DNA of 64,000 nucleotides from Bacteroidales bacterium. Lineage in GTDB: Bacteria > Bacteroidota > Bacteroidia > Bacteroidales > UBA3663. Position numbers and translations under genes: made by a program. The notes under the pieces are model-generated. The model saw only the letters and a list, made by a program, of their open reading frames with translations, did no database searches and was not told the DNA's origin. Of the stretch, positions 20,433 to 29,683 are shown piece after piece; the first letter of the stretch is position 1; each line of letters begins with the position of its first letter. The DNA is taken from assembly GCA_004557315.1 (NCBI GenBank), contig SFEH01000005.1:3816-67815 (forward strand), read 5' to 3'.

Positions 20433-21305
20433 ATGGCTTCATTAAAAGAAATCAAAGGACGCATCGGCTCGGTCGAAGGAACGCTCAAGATCACTTCGGC
20501 AATGAAGATGGTGGCTTCGGCAAAGCTTCACAAGGCACAGGGTGCCATAGAAAGCATGCTGCCTTATGACCGCCAGCTACATAAGATCATGGTGAGTCTT
20601 TTGAGCGGTGATGCAAAGGTCACGACACCTCTTTGCCAGCCCCACGACAAGATAAAGCGCGTTGCCATCGTTGCCATAGCCTCAAACAGCTCGCTCTGTG
20701 GCGGTTATAACAGCAATGTGGTGCGTCATGCTACGGCTGTCATCAACGAGTACGGCAAGGATATTCCTGGCGAAGCCATCGACTGTTATGTCATCGGACG
20801 AAAGCTCGACCAGTCGCTCGGTAAGCTCAAGGGCTTCAACCAGATACGCGATTATGTCGAAAAGGGCGATAACCCGACTTTTGCTACAGCACAGGCTCTT
20901 GCTACTCGCCTCATGAACGATTATATCGCAGGAAAGATTGATCGTGTTGAGCTCGTCTATATGCATTTCAAGAATACGGCAAGTCAGATTGCAACCCGAG
21001 AGGTGTTCCTGCCAGTTCCGCTTGAAACTGGTGGCGAGGCTGCTGTCTCGACTTCGGGCTACATCATCGAGCCAACCCCCTCGGAGGTGCTCAATGAACT
21101 CATTCCCGATGCTCTCTGCATGAAGATCTTCACTGTAATGCTCGATGCACAGGCTGCTGAACATGCAGCTCGTACGGTGGCTATGCAGACAGCAACCGAC
21201 AATGCCAACGACCTGCTCGACGAACTCCGTATTCAGTATAACAAGGGTCGTCAGGCTGCTATTACTGCCGAATTGCTCGATATCGTGGGCGGTTCTATGC
21301 ATTAA
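20433..21305 (+). CDS. atpG: F1 ATP synthase gamma subunit
   Basis: MASLKEIKGRIGSVEGTLKITSAMKMVASAKL N-terminus, ITAELLDIVGG C-terminus. Confidence 0.94.
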   Translation: MASLKEIKGRIGSVEGTLKITSAMKMVASAKLHKAQGAIESMLPYDRQLHKIMVSLLSGDAKVTTPLCQPHDKIKRVAIVAIASNSSLCGGYNSNVVRHATAVINEYGKDIPGEAIDCYVIGRKLDQSLGKLKGFNQIRDYVEKGDNPTFATAQALATRLMNDYIAGKIDRVELVYMHFKNTASQIATREVFLPVPLETGGEAAVSTSGYIIEPTPSEVLNELIPDALCMKIFTVMLDAQAAEHAARTVAMQTATDNANDLLDELRIQYNKGRQAAITAELLDIVGGSMH

Positions 21306-21325
21306 TATTTGTTTCAATCAGCATA

Positions 21326-21364
21326 AAAGACAGAATCTGAAAAGATGGATTCTGTCTTTTTTTC
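21326..21364 (+). terminator. Rho-independent terminator of the atp operon
   Basis: Stem aagacagaatc / gattctgtctt (11 bp, perfect) followed by a T7 run. Confidence 0.85.
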
Positions 21365-21378
21365 AACTAATTTTGTCT

Positions 21379-22680
21379 ATGAAGAAGTTTCTATCTGTTT
21401 TGTTTGCGGCAGTTACCTTGAGTTCGGCCTTTGCTCAGCAGCAGCGTTTTGTGGGTGGCGACATCTCGCTCCTCCCCTCTTATGAGGCTGCTGGTGATGT
21501 CTATCTGTCGTATGATGGCTCGAAGATCGACGATCTCATCACCTATCTGCACGAGACTTGTGGCTGGAATGCGGCTCGCGTGCGCCTATTTGTAAATCCA
21601 GATGGCCATTCCAACGATGGCAAAAGCGAAGACCCTGCAGTGTGTCAGGATCTTGAGTATGTGGCTAATTTAGGCAAACGTATCAAGGACGCAGGAATGG
21701 CATTCCTGCTCGATTTCCATTATTCCGACACTTGGGCTGACCCATCATACCAGAAGATTCCTTCACGTTGGACAAAAGACAATGACGAAGTGCTTGCCGA
21801 TTCGGTATATCAATATACCAAGGATTGCCTGAATCAGCTCATTGCACGTGGCGCTACTCCTGATTTCGTGCAGATAGGCAATGAGATCACTTATGGCATG
21901 CTCCTGCGTAACGACAATGACAAGGTTTATCCATCACAGGACAAGTCTGAACGCTCTGCTCAGTGGAAAAGACTATCTACATTGCTCACCAAGGCATCTA
22001 AAGCCGTGCGTGAGGCTTGTTCGGGTGCAAAGATAATAGTTCATACCGAGAGGTCGGGAAAAGCCGCTGAGACGGCAAATTTCTATGCTTATATCAGCGA
22101 TGTGGATTATGACATCATTGGTCTTAGCTACTACCCTTTCTGGCATGGCGACCTCAAGGCGTTGGGTTCTACGCTCGACAAGCTTGCTGAAACACAGTCT
22201 GACAAGCAAGTGCAAATAGTTGAAACAGCCTATTATCATCAGTATTTCCCAAATGATGCCACCTATAATACGACAAGCGTCTGGCCAGCCAATGCCACTG
22301 GTCAGTATAAGTTCGTCAGTGACCTTGTGTCTGCCTTGGCCGACCGCTCACAGGTCGATGGCCTGTACTATTGGTTCCCAGAAGAATGTGGCAACGGCTA
22401 TCAGAAAGAAGTTCTTAAAGGCTGGGTCAACCGTGGCTTGTGGGACGAAGTGTGGCAAGCAAAGGAACATAAGCCAATCACCAAGACCTCGGGCAAGGAC
22501 GATGGTGCATTGTACATCCTTCGCGATTTCGCCAAAGGCAATGGCGCACAGTCGCTCGACCCTACCCTTTCCGATGTTCAAGAAAATTCAGTAAAGTACA
22601 ATATCGCAGGTCAGCCTATCTCACAACCGACCCGAGGAGAATTGTATATCCAGAGAGGAAAGAAACGTATTGTCCGCTAA
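21379..22680 (+). CDS. GH53 arabinogalactan endo-beta-1,4-galactanase
   Basis: Signal peptide [22 protein letters not shown]53 hallmarks [50 protein letters not shown]. Confidence 0.88.
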   Translation: MKKFLSVLFAAVTLSSAFAQQQRFVGGDISLLPSYEAAGDVYLSYDGSKIDDLITYLHETCGWNAARVRLFVNPDGHSNDGKSEDPAVCQDLEYVANLGKRIKDAGMAFLLDFHYSDTWADPSYQKIPSRWTKDNDEVLADSVYQYTKDCLNQLIARGATPDFVQIGNEITYGMLLRNDNDKVYPSQDKSERSAQWKRLSTLLTKASKAVREACSGAKIIVHTERSGKAAETANFYAYISDVDYDIIGLSYYPFWHGDLKALGSTLDKLAETQSDKQVQIVETAYYHQYFPNDATYNTTSVWPANATGQYKFVSDLVSALADRSQVDGLYYWFPEECGNGYQKEVLKGWVNRGLWDEVWQAKEHKPITKTSGKDDGALYILRDFAKGNGAQSLDPTLSDVQENSVKYNIAGQPISQPTRGELYIQRGKKRIVR

Positions 22681-22727
22681 TTTCCGTTATCTCCCATAAA
22701 CTTCCACTAACTCCCTTTTATAAAATA

Positions 22728-23189
22728 ATGGATCGTTCTCAAGAAGAAACTCTCACGCTCCTTGGCAACAAGAAGACAGTGTACCGACAGGATTATGCTC
22801 CAGAAGTGCTGGAGACGTTCATCAACAAGCATCAGGACAACGACTACTGGGTCAAGTTCAACTGCCCAGAGTTCACGAGCCTCTGTCCTATCACTGGTCA
22901 GCCCGATTTTGCCAATATCGTCATCAGTTATATTCCTGATGTCAAGATGGTCGAAAGCAAGAGCCTCAAGCTCTATCTCTTCAGCTTCCGTAATCATGGC
23001 GACTTCCACGAAGACTGTGTCAATATAATAATGAAAGACCTGATTCGTCTTATGGATCCTCGTTACATCGAGGTCACTGGCATCTTCACGCCACGTGGAG
23101 GCATTGCAATTCATCCATACGCCAACTATGGCCGACCAGGAACCAAGTACGAGCAGCTGGCATTCGATCGTCTCAGTCGGCATGAGTAA
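22728..23189 (+). CDS. queF: NADPH-dependent 7-cyano-7-deazaguanine (preQ0) reductase
   Basis: 153 aa; [15 protein letters not shown] catalytic Cys block and [16 protein letters not shown]. Confidence 0.92.
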   Translation: MDRSQEETLTLLGNKKTVYRQDYAPEVLETFINKHQDNDYWVKFNCPEFTSLCPITGQPDFANIVISYIPDVKMVESKSLKLYLFSFRNHGDFHEDCVNIIMKDLIRLMDPRYIEVTGIFTPRGGIAIHPYANYGRPGTKYEQLAFDRLSRHE

Positions 23190-23218
23190 AGAATAATGAG
23201 TATTAAAATACGCGATTT

Positions 23219-23263
23219 ATACATCTGAAAGGCATTTTTTACTTTTCAGATGTATTTTCTTTT
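23219..23263 (+). terminator. Rho-independent terminator after queF
   Basis: 12-bp perfect stem atacatctgaaa / tttcagatgtat followed by tttcttttaaaa. Confidence 0.8.
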
Positions 23264-23300
23264 AAAACCATTTGCATAATATTTTGCCAAAAAATCATCA

Positions 23301-23380
23301 CCATTCGTCACAGAAATTCGCCATTCGTCACAAAAAACGGCCTTTTGTCACAGATTTAATGTCATCCATCACAGAAATTT
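23301..23380 (+). promoter_or_regulatory. Four direct repeats with 20-bp phasing (ccattcGTCACAGAAA-like), candidate activator binding array
   Basis: ccattcgtcacagaaa (23301), ccattcgtcacaaaaa (23321), ccttttgtcacagatt (23341), tccatcacagaaa (23365). A fifth GTCACAAAAA lies at 23500-23509. Confidence 0.6.
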
Positions 23381-23436
23381 GGAACATTGAAAAATAACCA
23401 TCAACTTTGCATCGTCAAACATAAAATGACAAAACA

Positions 23437-23469
23437 TCGAATAGGAGAATCTTATTCGGAATAGGAGAA
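23437..23469 (+). repeat. Two copies of GAATAGGAGAA spaced exactly 20 bp in the leader of the 23521 gene
   Basis: tcgaataggagaa (23437-23449) and tcggaataggagaa (23456-23469). cgaata...tattcg is also a short palindrome. Confidence 0.8.
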
Positions 23470-23520
23470 AAATTATTATTATATTAACAACTGACTTCGG
23501 TCACAAAAACATTATTAATT

Positions 23521-23904
23521 ATGAAAAAGTATTTTATGATGATGGTTGCAACAATGATGATGACAACAGTAAGCGCTAACGCAAAGGTTGGGAATGTGGA
23601 GAAAAGCGATATGCCTGCCAGTTGCGAAATGAATATGGCATCGCTCGCTCGCACGCTCGGTCTTGACGACTCACAGACAAAGGCTCTTGAAGCCGCAAGT
23701 ACCGAGCTGAGTGCAAGCTTGAATGGCGAGGTGGTCTATGATGATTCAACCCGCATGCTTCTCACCCTCACACAGGCTGTAAACCGTAATCTCAAAGTGG
23801 CTCACCGCGTGCTTAATACCAAGCAATACCATAAGTACCAGACAATTATCAACAGCACGCTCGTGAACAAGGGTCTCGACGATGAGTATTACAACGCAAA
23901 GTAA
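23521..23904 (+). CDS. Hypothetical small secreted protein
   Basis: Met-rich signal peptide MKKYFMMMVATMMMTTVSANA followed by a helical-looking 105 aa. No family recognised. Confidence 0.65.
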   Translation: MKKYFMMMVATMMMTTVSANAKVGNVEKSDMPASCEMNMASLARTLGLDDSQTKALEAASTELSASLNGEVVYDDSTRMLLTLTQAVNRNLKVAHRVLNTKQYHKYQTIINSTLVNKGLDDEYYNAK

Positions 23905-23906
23905 AT

Positions 23907-24773
23907 TCAGGGACGAAAAACGTATGTGGAGTTACGATACTCCAATGGCGTTTTGCCAACGATTTTCTTGAAGAGGCGATTGAAGTAAGAGTGATCGTCA
24001 AAGCCGAGAGAATATGCGATGCTCTTGACAGGCATCTCTTCGGTACTCAACATCAGTTCGGCACGCTCTATCTTACGTTGTGTGATGTATTGCACAGGGG
24101 TGCTGCCAGTCTCTTCCTTGAAGATCCTGATGAAATGATCTCTCGATATAAATGCCATATTGGCAAGATTGTCGATGTCTAGACGCTCGTGCAGATTGCG
24201 ACGAATATACAGTAACACCCTCTGTATGCGATCGTCATTTACAAGTGTCTTGGGTGTCGCTTCCTTGAAAAAACGCGACAGCAATACAAGTATGATGCCA
24301 CGACCCTCCACTCGGTCAGAAAACGAACGCACTTTGTTGCGACGGATATTCTCGAGTAGGGACGTGGCATTGTCGTAACTGCTTGGGTTGGATTCGGGCA
24401 GCTTCATGCTCGGATCCATGTCACACAGTCGCTTGAACAGTGCGAGGTCGAGATCGTTGGCCTTTACCTCTTTCGGAAAACTATAGTTCTCAAACATGCT
24501 TGATTCGTTTTCCAGATCCTCATAGAGGTGAACATAGTAATGCTCGAAGTGACCATTGCAGACATCAGAATGAAGTGTATATGAAGGAATGAGGTAAAGA
24601 TTGCCTGGAGTCAGATGTATCATACCATCGGGCAGTATCACATCAGCTTCACCAGCGCTCACGTAATAGAGGCGGGCAAACGGACTCCGCACATTCTTCC
24701 AGTTCCAGTCGGATTCATGAACGGCATAACCGACATTCAAGGCCAGTGGTATTAAATTCTCTGGATTCTCCAT
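23907..24773 (-). CDS. AraC family transcriptional regulator (cupin + HTH)
   Basis: N-terminal cupin-like sensor. C-terminal double HTH (DNLANMAFISRDHFIRIFKEETGSTPVQYI...KSIAYSLGFDDHSYFNRLFKKIVGKTPLEYR). Confidence 0.9.
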   Translation of the reverse strand: MENPENLIPLALNVGYAVHESDWNWKNVRSPFARLYYVSAGEADVILPDGMIHLTPGNLYLIPSYTLHSDVCNGHFEHYYVHLYEDLENESSMFENYSFPKEVKANDLDLALFKRLCDMDPSMKLPESNPSSYDNATSLLENIRRNKVRSFSDRVEGRGIILVLLSRFFKEATPKTLVNDDRIQRVLLYIRRNLHERLDIDNLANMAFISRDHFIRIFKEETGSTPVQYITQRKIERAELMLSTEEMPVKSIAYSLGFDDHSYFNRLFKKIVGKTPLEYRNSTYVFRP

Positions 24774-24895
24774 AATACTCAGATTCTATAGTCAGACATA
24801 GGGCAAATATAGTCATTTTCTTGTAGAAAAAGATGAAATGTCGAAAAAATCTCATCAATTGTCAAAAAAACATACCATAATTGCATAAAATATCC

Positions 24896-24903
24896 TATCT
24901 TTG
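24896..24903 (+). promoter_or_regulatory. -7 box TATCTTTG for the DMT transporter gene
   Basis: TAnnTTTG match 33 nt upstream of the ATG at 24936. Confidence 0.55.
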
Positions 24904-24935
24904 CGTTGAAATTATTGTTATTGACAAGAAAAATA

Positions 24936-25892
24936 ATGAGCGAAAAAGAGAATATCAGCATATTTCAGCGCCCTCTTTGGGTATCAATCTTCGCCCTTAC
25001 AGCAGCCATCGTATGGGGTTGGGCATATCCTCTCATCAAGTTGGGATTTGCCGAATTTGGCATCACCCAAACGATGACGGGTAGCAAGATGCTTTTTGCT
25101 GGAATACGCTTCGCCTTTTCTGGCATCATCATCCTCCTGATAGCGTTGTGCACAGGCAAGAGCTTCGCCTTCAAGCAGAGCCAGAAACCGACCACTTTAG
25201 CTTCTTCTCATTTCGTCACAGTCTTGTATATCCTTGCTTTCTCGCTGATCAATACGACATTGCATTACACCTTTTTCTATATCGGACTGTCGTATAGTCA
25301 GGGAGCAAGAGCCGCCATACTCAACTCGATGAGTGTCTTTGCAGTGGTCATTCTCGCCTGCATCTTCTTCAAGAGCGACAAGATGACGATGCGCAAGGTT
25401 GTGGGTTGTGTGATAGGTATCTGCGGAATCTTGGCACTCAATCTTGGTGCTGCAGAAAGCGGTTCGTTCACGCTCATGGGCGACGGAATGATCATTCTCA
25501 ATGCTCTGTGTGGTGCCACTGCCGCACTCATGACACGAGGCTTGAACAAGAGGGTGGAAGTGTTTGTAGGCACAGGATACAGCCTTGCGGTGGGAGGGGC
25601 GTTGCTCGTCATTCCTGGGCTTCTGATGGGTGGCACATTGCCCAATATCACGCCTTGGGGTTGTGCTATCTTGCTGATGCTCATTGGAATATCGACCTTG
25701 GGCTTTAGTCTCTACAATAAACTGCTGACATGCAATCCTGTAGGTAAGGTGGCTATATACAACTCGCTCATTCCAGTGGTCGGAGCAGTCACTTCGTGCC
25801 TCTGCCTTGGTGAGCCATTCTACTGGAAATATGTCGTTGCCGGCACATTGGCGACAGCAGGAATCTACATTATCAACAAAGGAAAGAAATAG
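24936..25892 (+). CDS. DMT superfamily (EamA-type) transporter
   Basis: About ten hydrophobic segments in a two-EamA-repeat architecture. ATG at 24936 preferred to the TTG at 24906. Confidence 0.85.
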   Translation: MSEKENISIFQRPLWVSIFALTAAIVWGWAYPLIKLGFAEFGITQTMTGSKMLFAGIRFAFSGIIILLIALCTGKSFAFKQSQKPTTLASSHFVTVLYILAFSLINTTLHYTFFYIGLSYSQGARAAILNSMSVFAVVILACIFFKSDKMTMRKVVGCVIGICGILALNLGAAESGSFTLMGDGMIILNALCGATAALMTRGLNKRVEVFVGTGYSLAVGGALLVIPGLLMGGTLPNITPWGCAILLMLIGISTLGFSLYNKLLTCNPVGKVAIYNSLIPVVGAVTSCLCLGEPFYWKYVVAGTLATAGIYIINKGKK

Positions 25893-25965
25893 ATTCTGCC
25901 TACTGGCAAAACCATACAGTTACATTTGCGACTTAATTACATTTACCAACTAATACACAAAAAAA

Positions 25966-27327
25966 ATGAAGAAAAGACATCTACTTTCAGCTCTGATGCT
26001 TACAGCAGTTGCCTCTGCTTCGGCACAGAACCCCGCTATCAGTGCGATTTACACTCCCGATCCTGCACCTTACGTCCATGGCGACAAGGTCTATCTCTTT
26101 GTCGATCATGACGAAGATGACGCCTTATATTTCAAGATGAAAGACTGGCTTGTCTTCGAGACTGAAGACATGGTCAACTGGACTTACCTTGGAGCACAGG
26201 TATCGACCTCTACCTTCGAATGGGCAAAGCAGGGTGACCGTGCATGGGCTGCACAGGCTGTGGAGCGCAATGGCAAATGGTACTGGTATCTGTGCTGCAA
26301 CACTGCCGAGGGCAAGGATGCTCTTGCCGTAGCGGTGGCCGACAAACCTACAGGTCCATGGGTCGATGCCATTGGCGGGCCTCTTGCCGTAGGTCACGGC
26401 TTCATCGATCCGACAATCTTCATCGACGACGATGGCACTCCTTATCTCTTCTGGGGCAACAAGGGTTTCTGGTATGGCGAGCTCAACGACGACATGATAT
26501 CGTTCAAGAACGGCTATGCTGAGGTTACTGGCTATACTGATCCGAAGAGTTTCGGTGAACTTCAGTCGAAGATGGACTGGAGCATAGGCAAGGAGCGCAT
26601 GATGACTCAGTATGAGGAGGGCCCATGGGTGACCAAGCGAGGCGACATCTATTATGCGGTCTATCCTGCTGGTGGCGTTCCTGAATACATGGCTTATTCA
26701 ACAGCACCTTCAGTACATGGACCATGGACTTTCCGCGGACGCATCATGGACGAAGCTGAGAACAGCTTCACCATCCATGGAGGCAACATCCATTTCAAGG
26801 GTCACAACTATATGTTCTATCACAATGGTCAGCTTCCAAATGGCGGAGGCTTCCGTCGTTCGACTGCCATCGAGGAGTTCTCTTTTAATGCCGACGGCAC
26901 CATTCCGTTCATCCCATTCACCAAGGAGGGTGTGAAGCCTCTCGGCACCATCAATCCTTATGACGTGGTTCAGGCAGAGACGATGTCTTCAAGCTGGGGC
27001 GTGAAGCTGGATCGCCTGCCAGGAGAGAAGCACTTCGTCACATCGATCCATAATGGCGACTGGATCAAGGTGCGCAATGTCGATTTTGGCTCTGAAGCTC
27101 CGACTCTTGCCACAATGGAGATGCTCAATTTCAAGAGCGAAGGTGTCGTAGAGCTTTATGTCGATCAGCTTGGTGGAAGCCCATTTGCCACCTTTACGGT
27201 CAACAATGGAGACAAAGAGATCAAGACACCAGTCGCCAAAGGTCCGACAGGCGTTCACGATGTCTATCTCTTCTTCCGAGGTGGAGATGGCGAACTGTTC
27301 GACATCGACTGGTGGAAAATTCAATAA
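25966..27327 (+). CDS. GH43 glycoside hydrolase with C-terminal CBM6-like module
   Basis: Signal peptide. GH43 N-terminus IYTPDPAPYVHGDKVYLFVDHDED and WAAQAVERNGKWYWY. C-terminus GDWIKVRNVDFG...FDIDWWKI is typical of CBM6. Confidence 0.87.
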   Translation: MKKRHLLSALMLTAVASASAQNPAISAIYTPDPAPYVHGDKVYLFVDHDEDDALYFKMKDWLVFETEDMVNWTYLGAQVSTSTFEWAKQGDRAWAAQAVERNGKWYWYLCCNTAEGKDALAVAVADKPTGPWVDAIGGPLAVGHGFIDPTIFIDDDGTPYLFWGNKGFWYGELNDDMISFKNGYAEVTGYTDPKSFGELQSKMDWSIGKERMMTQYEEGPWVTKRGDIYYAVYPAGGVPEYMAYSTAPSVHGPWTFRGRIMDEAENSFTIHGGNIHFKGHNYMFYHNGQLPNGGGFRRSTAIEEFSFNADGTIPFIPFTKEGVKPLGTINPYDVVQAETMSSSWGVKLDRLPGEKHFVTSIHNGDWIKVRNVDFGSEAPTLATMEMLNFKSEGVVELYVDQLGGSPFATFTVNNGDKEIKTPVAKGPTGVHDVYLFFRGGDGELFDIDWWKIQ

Positions 27328-27340
27328 AGAAATACTTGCA

Positions 27341-27380
27341 GACAGGGTAGGAGTTAGCGCTTCTATCCTGTCATTTTGTA
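27341..27380 (+). terminator. Probable terminator after the GH43-CBM6 gene
   Basis: Stem gacagggtag / ctatcctgtc (one G-U) followed by attttgtatt. Confidence 0.55.
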
Positions 27381-27473
27381 TTATGAAGTTATAAAAAATG
27401 AATAAAATTTATATAATTTTGCATATATTCTCTATATATTTAACTATGATTTGGAAGAAATCGAAATAAACGT

Positions 27474-27481
27474 TAATTTTG
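27474..27481 (+). promoter_or_regulatory. -7 box TAATTTTG for uraA
   Basis: TAnnTTTG match 47 nt upstream of the ATG at 27528. Confidence 0.5.
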
Positions 27482-27527
27482 TATCGTCAAAAACGATTTT
27501 TTTCATATCGCCAGAAATTTATTGATA

Positions 27528-28853
27528 ATGGAAATCAAAACTCGACAAGGCATCAACGATGCACGCCAGCTTGGTTATGGCAAGTTTGCTATCCTTGGTA
27601 TTCAGCATTTGTTCGCAATGTTTGGCGCAACGATCCTCGTTCCCGCATTGACAGGTCTTCCAGTATCCACGACTCTGCTTTTCGCGGGTTTGGGCACATT
27701 AGTCTTCCACGCTATTTCTAAAGGTATTGTTCCAGCTTTCCTTGGTTCCAGCTTTGCCTTCATCGGTGGCTATCTGTCGGTCAAGCAGATGGGCATGGAG
27801 CTTGGCATGAGCGAGACTCTTGCCTTGGGCTATGCTTGCCTGGGTGTATGCTGTGCAGGTCTGTGCTACTTCGTCATGGCGGCATTGATCAAATGGTTCG
27901 GTTCGAAGAGAGTCCTCACGTTCTTTCCTCCTGTGGTGACTGGCCCTATGGTCATTGCCATCGGTCTTACGCTCTCGGGCTCTGCCATCACCAACTGTAC
28001 GAGCAACTGGCTGCTTGCCATCGTTGCCATTATAGGAGTGATAGTCAGTAGTATATGGGGTAGGGGCATTGTCAAGATCATCCCTATTCTTCTTGGCGTA
28101 GTCGTCTCTTATGTCTTGGCAGCAGTCATGGGTGAAGTCGATTTCAGCAGTGTCTCGGATGCTGCGTGGTTTGGCTTGCCTTTCAGCCGCGAAACCAGTG
28201 TGCTTGCCGTTTTCGACAATCTTGACAGCACTCTTCTCGTGAGCAGCATCATCGCTATTGTACCTATTGCCTTTGCCACTATAATGGAGCATATTGGCGA
28301 TATGTGCGCCATCTCATCGACCGTAGGCAAGGACTTCCTTGACAAGCCGGGACTTCATCGCACCCTGGTGGGCGATGGTCTTGCCACTTCACTTGCAAGC
28401 CTCTTTGGAGCACCAGCCAATACTACATACGGAGAGAATACAGGAGTCCTGAACCTCACCAAGGTTTTCGATCCTGCTGTCATACGTCTGGCAGCCTGCT
28501 TGAGCATAGTGCTCAGCTTCTGTCCGAAGTTCGCATGTCTCATCGGACTCATGCCAGCAGCCACTATCGGTGGAGTGAGTCTCATCCTCTATGGAATGAT
28601 CTCGGCTGTGGGTGTCCGCAACCTCGTGGAGTCGGCTGTCGATTTCTCAAATTCGCGCAATGTCTTTGTTGCAGCCCTCATCCTTGTGCTCGCTATAGGT
28701 GTGAAGTACGGAGCAGGCGACAGTGTTGCCATCGGCAGCATCCATCTCTCGGGTCTCGCCATAGCAGCTATCGTTGGCATCGTGCTCAATGCTATCCTTC
28801 CTGACAAGCTTGGCATGAAAGTCAAGAGTTTCCATGGAAAGGAGAAGAATTAA
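27528..28853 (+). CDS. uraA: NCS2 family uracil/xanthine permease
   Basis: LGIQHLFAMFGATILVP N-terminal signature; 12-14 TM segments; NTTYGENTGV motif. Confidence 0.88.
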   Translation: MEIKTRQGINDARQLGYGKFAILGIQHLFAMFGATILVPALTGLPVSTTLLFAGLGTLVFHAISKGIVPAFLGSSFAFIGGYLSVKQMGMELGMSETLALGYACLGVCCAGLCYFVMAALIKWFGSKRVLTFFPPVVTGPMVIAIGLTLSGSAITNCTSNWLLAIVAIIGVIVSSIWGRGIVKIIPILLGVVVSYVLAAVMGEVDFSSVSDAAWFGLPFSRETSVLAVFDNLDSTLLVSSIIAIVPIAFATIMEHIGDMCAISSTVGKDFLDKPGLHRTLVGDGLATSLASLFGAPANTTYGENTGVLNLTKVFDPAVIRLAACLSIVLSFCPKFACLIGLMPAATIGGVSLILYGMISAVGVRNLVESAVDFSNSRNVFVAALILVLAIGVKYGAGDSVAIGSIHLSGLAIAAIVGIVLNAILPDKLGMKVKSFHGKEKN

Positions 28854-28922
28854 GCAAGGCTATTGCCTTTTTCAATTATGTACATAATCAACATTTTTAT
28901 ATTCAAACAAATCTTTTTTTTT

Positions 28923-29651
28923 ATGAAGAAACTATTTCTTTTGAGCATTATGCTCGTATCTGCTTTTGTTGCAAATGCACAGAATCTCCAGGTTCACTAC
29001 GACTTCGGACGTGCAATCTATTCAGATGAAGAAGCTACTCGTCAGCGTGTTACATTGACATTCGAGCAGTTCAAGGCCGACAAGCTCGGTTCTTGGTTCT
29101 GGTTCATCGATCTCGATATGTATCACGATGGCATGAAGGGCGCATATACAGAGATCTCTCGTGAGTTTACTGCCAAGAACCTCACCGACAATCTCTCACT
29201 TGCTGCACACGTTGAGTATGATGGAGGTATGACTACCTTCAAGCCTGCTGGTGGCACACGTTTCCAGAATGCTGCCCTCGTTGGTCCTGCCCTCAATGGT
29301 CACAGTGCAGATTATTCAAAGACTTGGTCGATCCAGGCTATGTATAAGCAGTTCTTCAAGGGTGCAGGTGGCGATGCCTATGCTTCATTCCAGCTCACGG
29401 GTGTCTGGGGCATCAACTTCGCTGGAGGCAAGGGAACATTCTCTGGCTTCATCGATTTCTGGCGTGCTGAAACGGCCAATCACCATGGTCAGCTTCAGAT
29501 TATCTCTGAGCCACAGCTCTGGTACAATGTCAACAGTCATCTCTCGCTCGGTGGTGAGGTTGAGATCAGCAACAACTTCATCATTCCTGAGTGCGAAACT
29601 GACAAGACATTCTATGTCAACCCAACTTTGGGCGTTAAGTACGTATTCTAA
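28923..29651 (+). CDS. Small outer-membrane beta-barrel, DUF5020/Tsx-like (family recalled from memory)
   Basis: Signal peptide MKKLFLLSIMLVSAFVANAQ. Alternating beta-strand pattern, aromatic-rich, ends in ...LGVKYVF. Sandwiched between two nucleobase permeases. Confidence 0.7.
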   Translation: MKKLFLLSIMLVSAFVANAQNLQVHYDFGRAIYSDEEATRQRVTLTFEQFKADKLGSWFWFIDLDMYHDGMKGAYTEISREFTAKNLTDNLSLAAHVEYDGGMTTFKPAGGTRFQNAALVGPALNGHSADYSKTWSIQAMYKQFFKGAGGDAYASFQLTGVWGINFAGGKGTFSGFIDFWRAETANHHGQLQIISEPQLWYNVNSHLSLGGEVEISNNFIIPECETDKTFYVNPTLGVKYVF

Positions 29652-29683
29652 TCATTGATAATCAATAGAAAAAGGTTGATACC

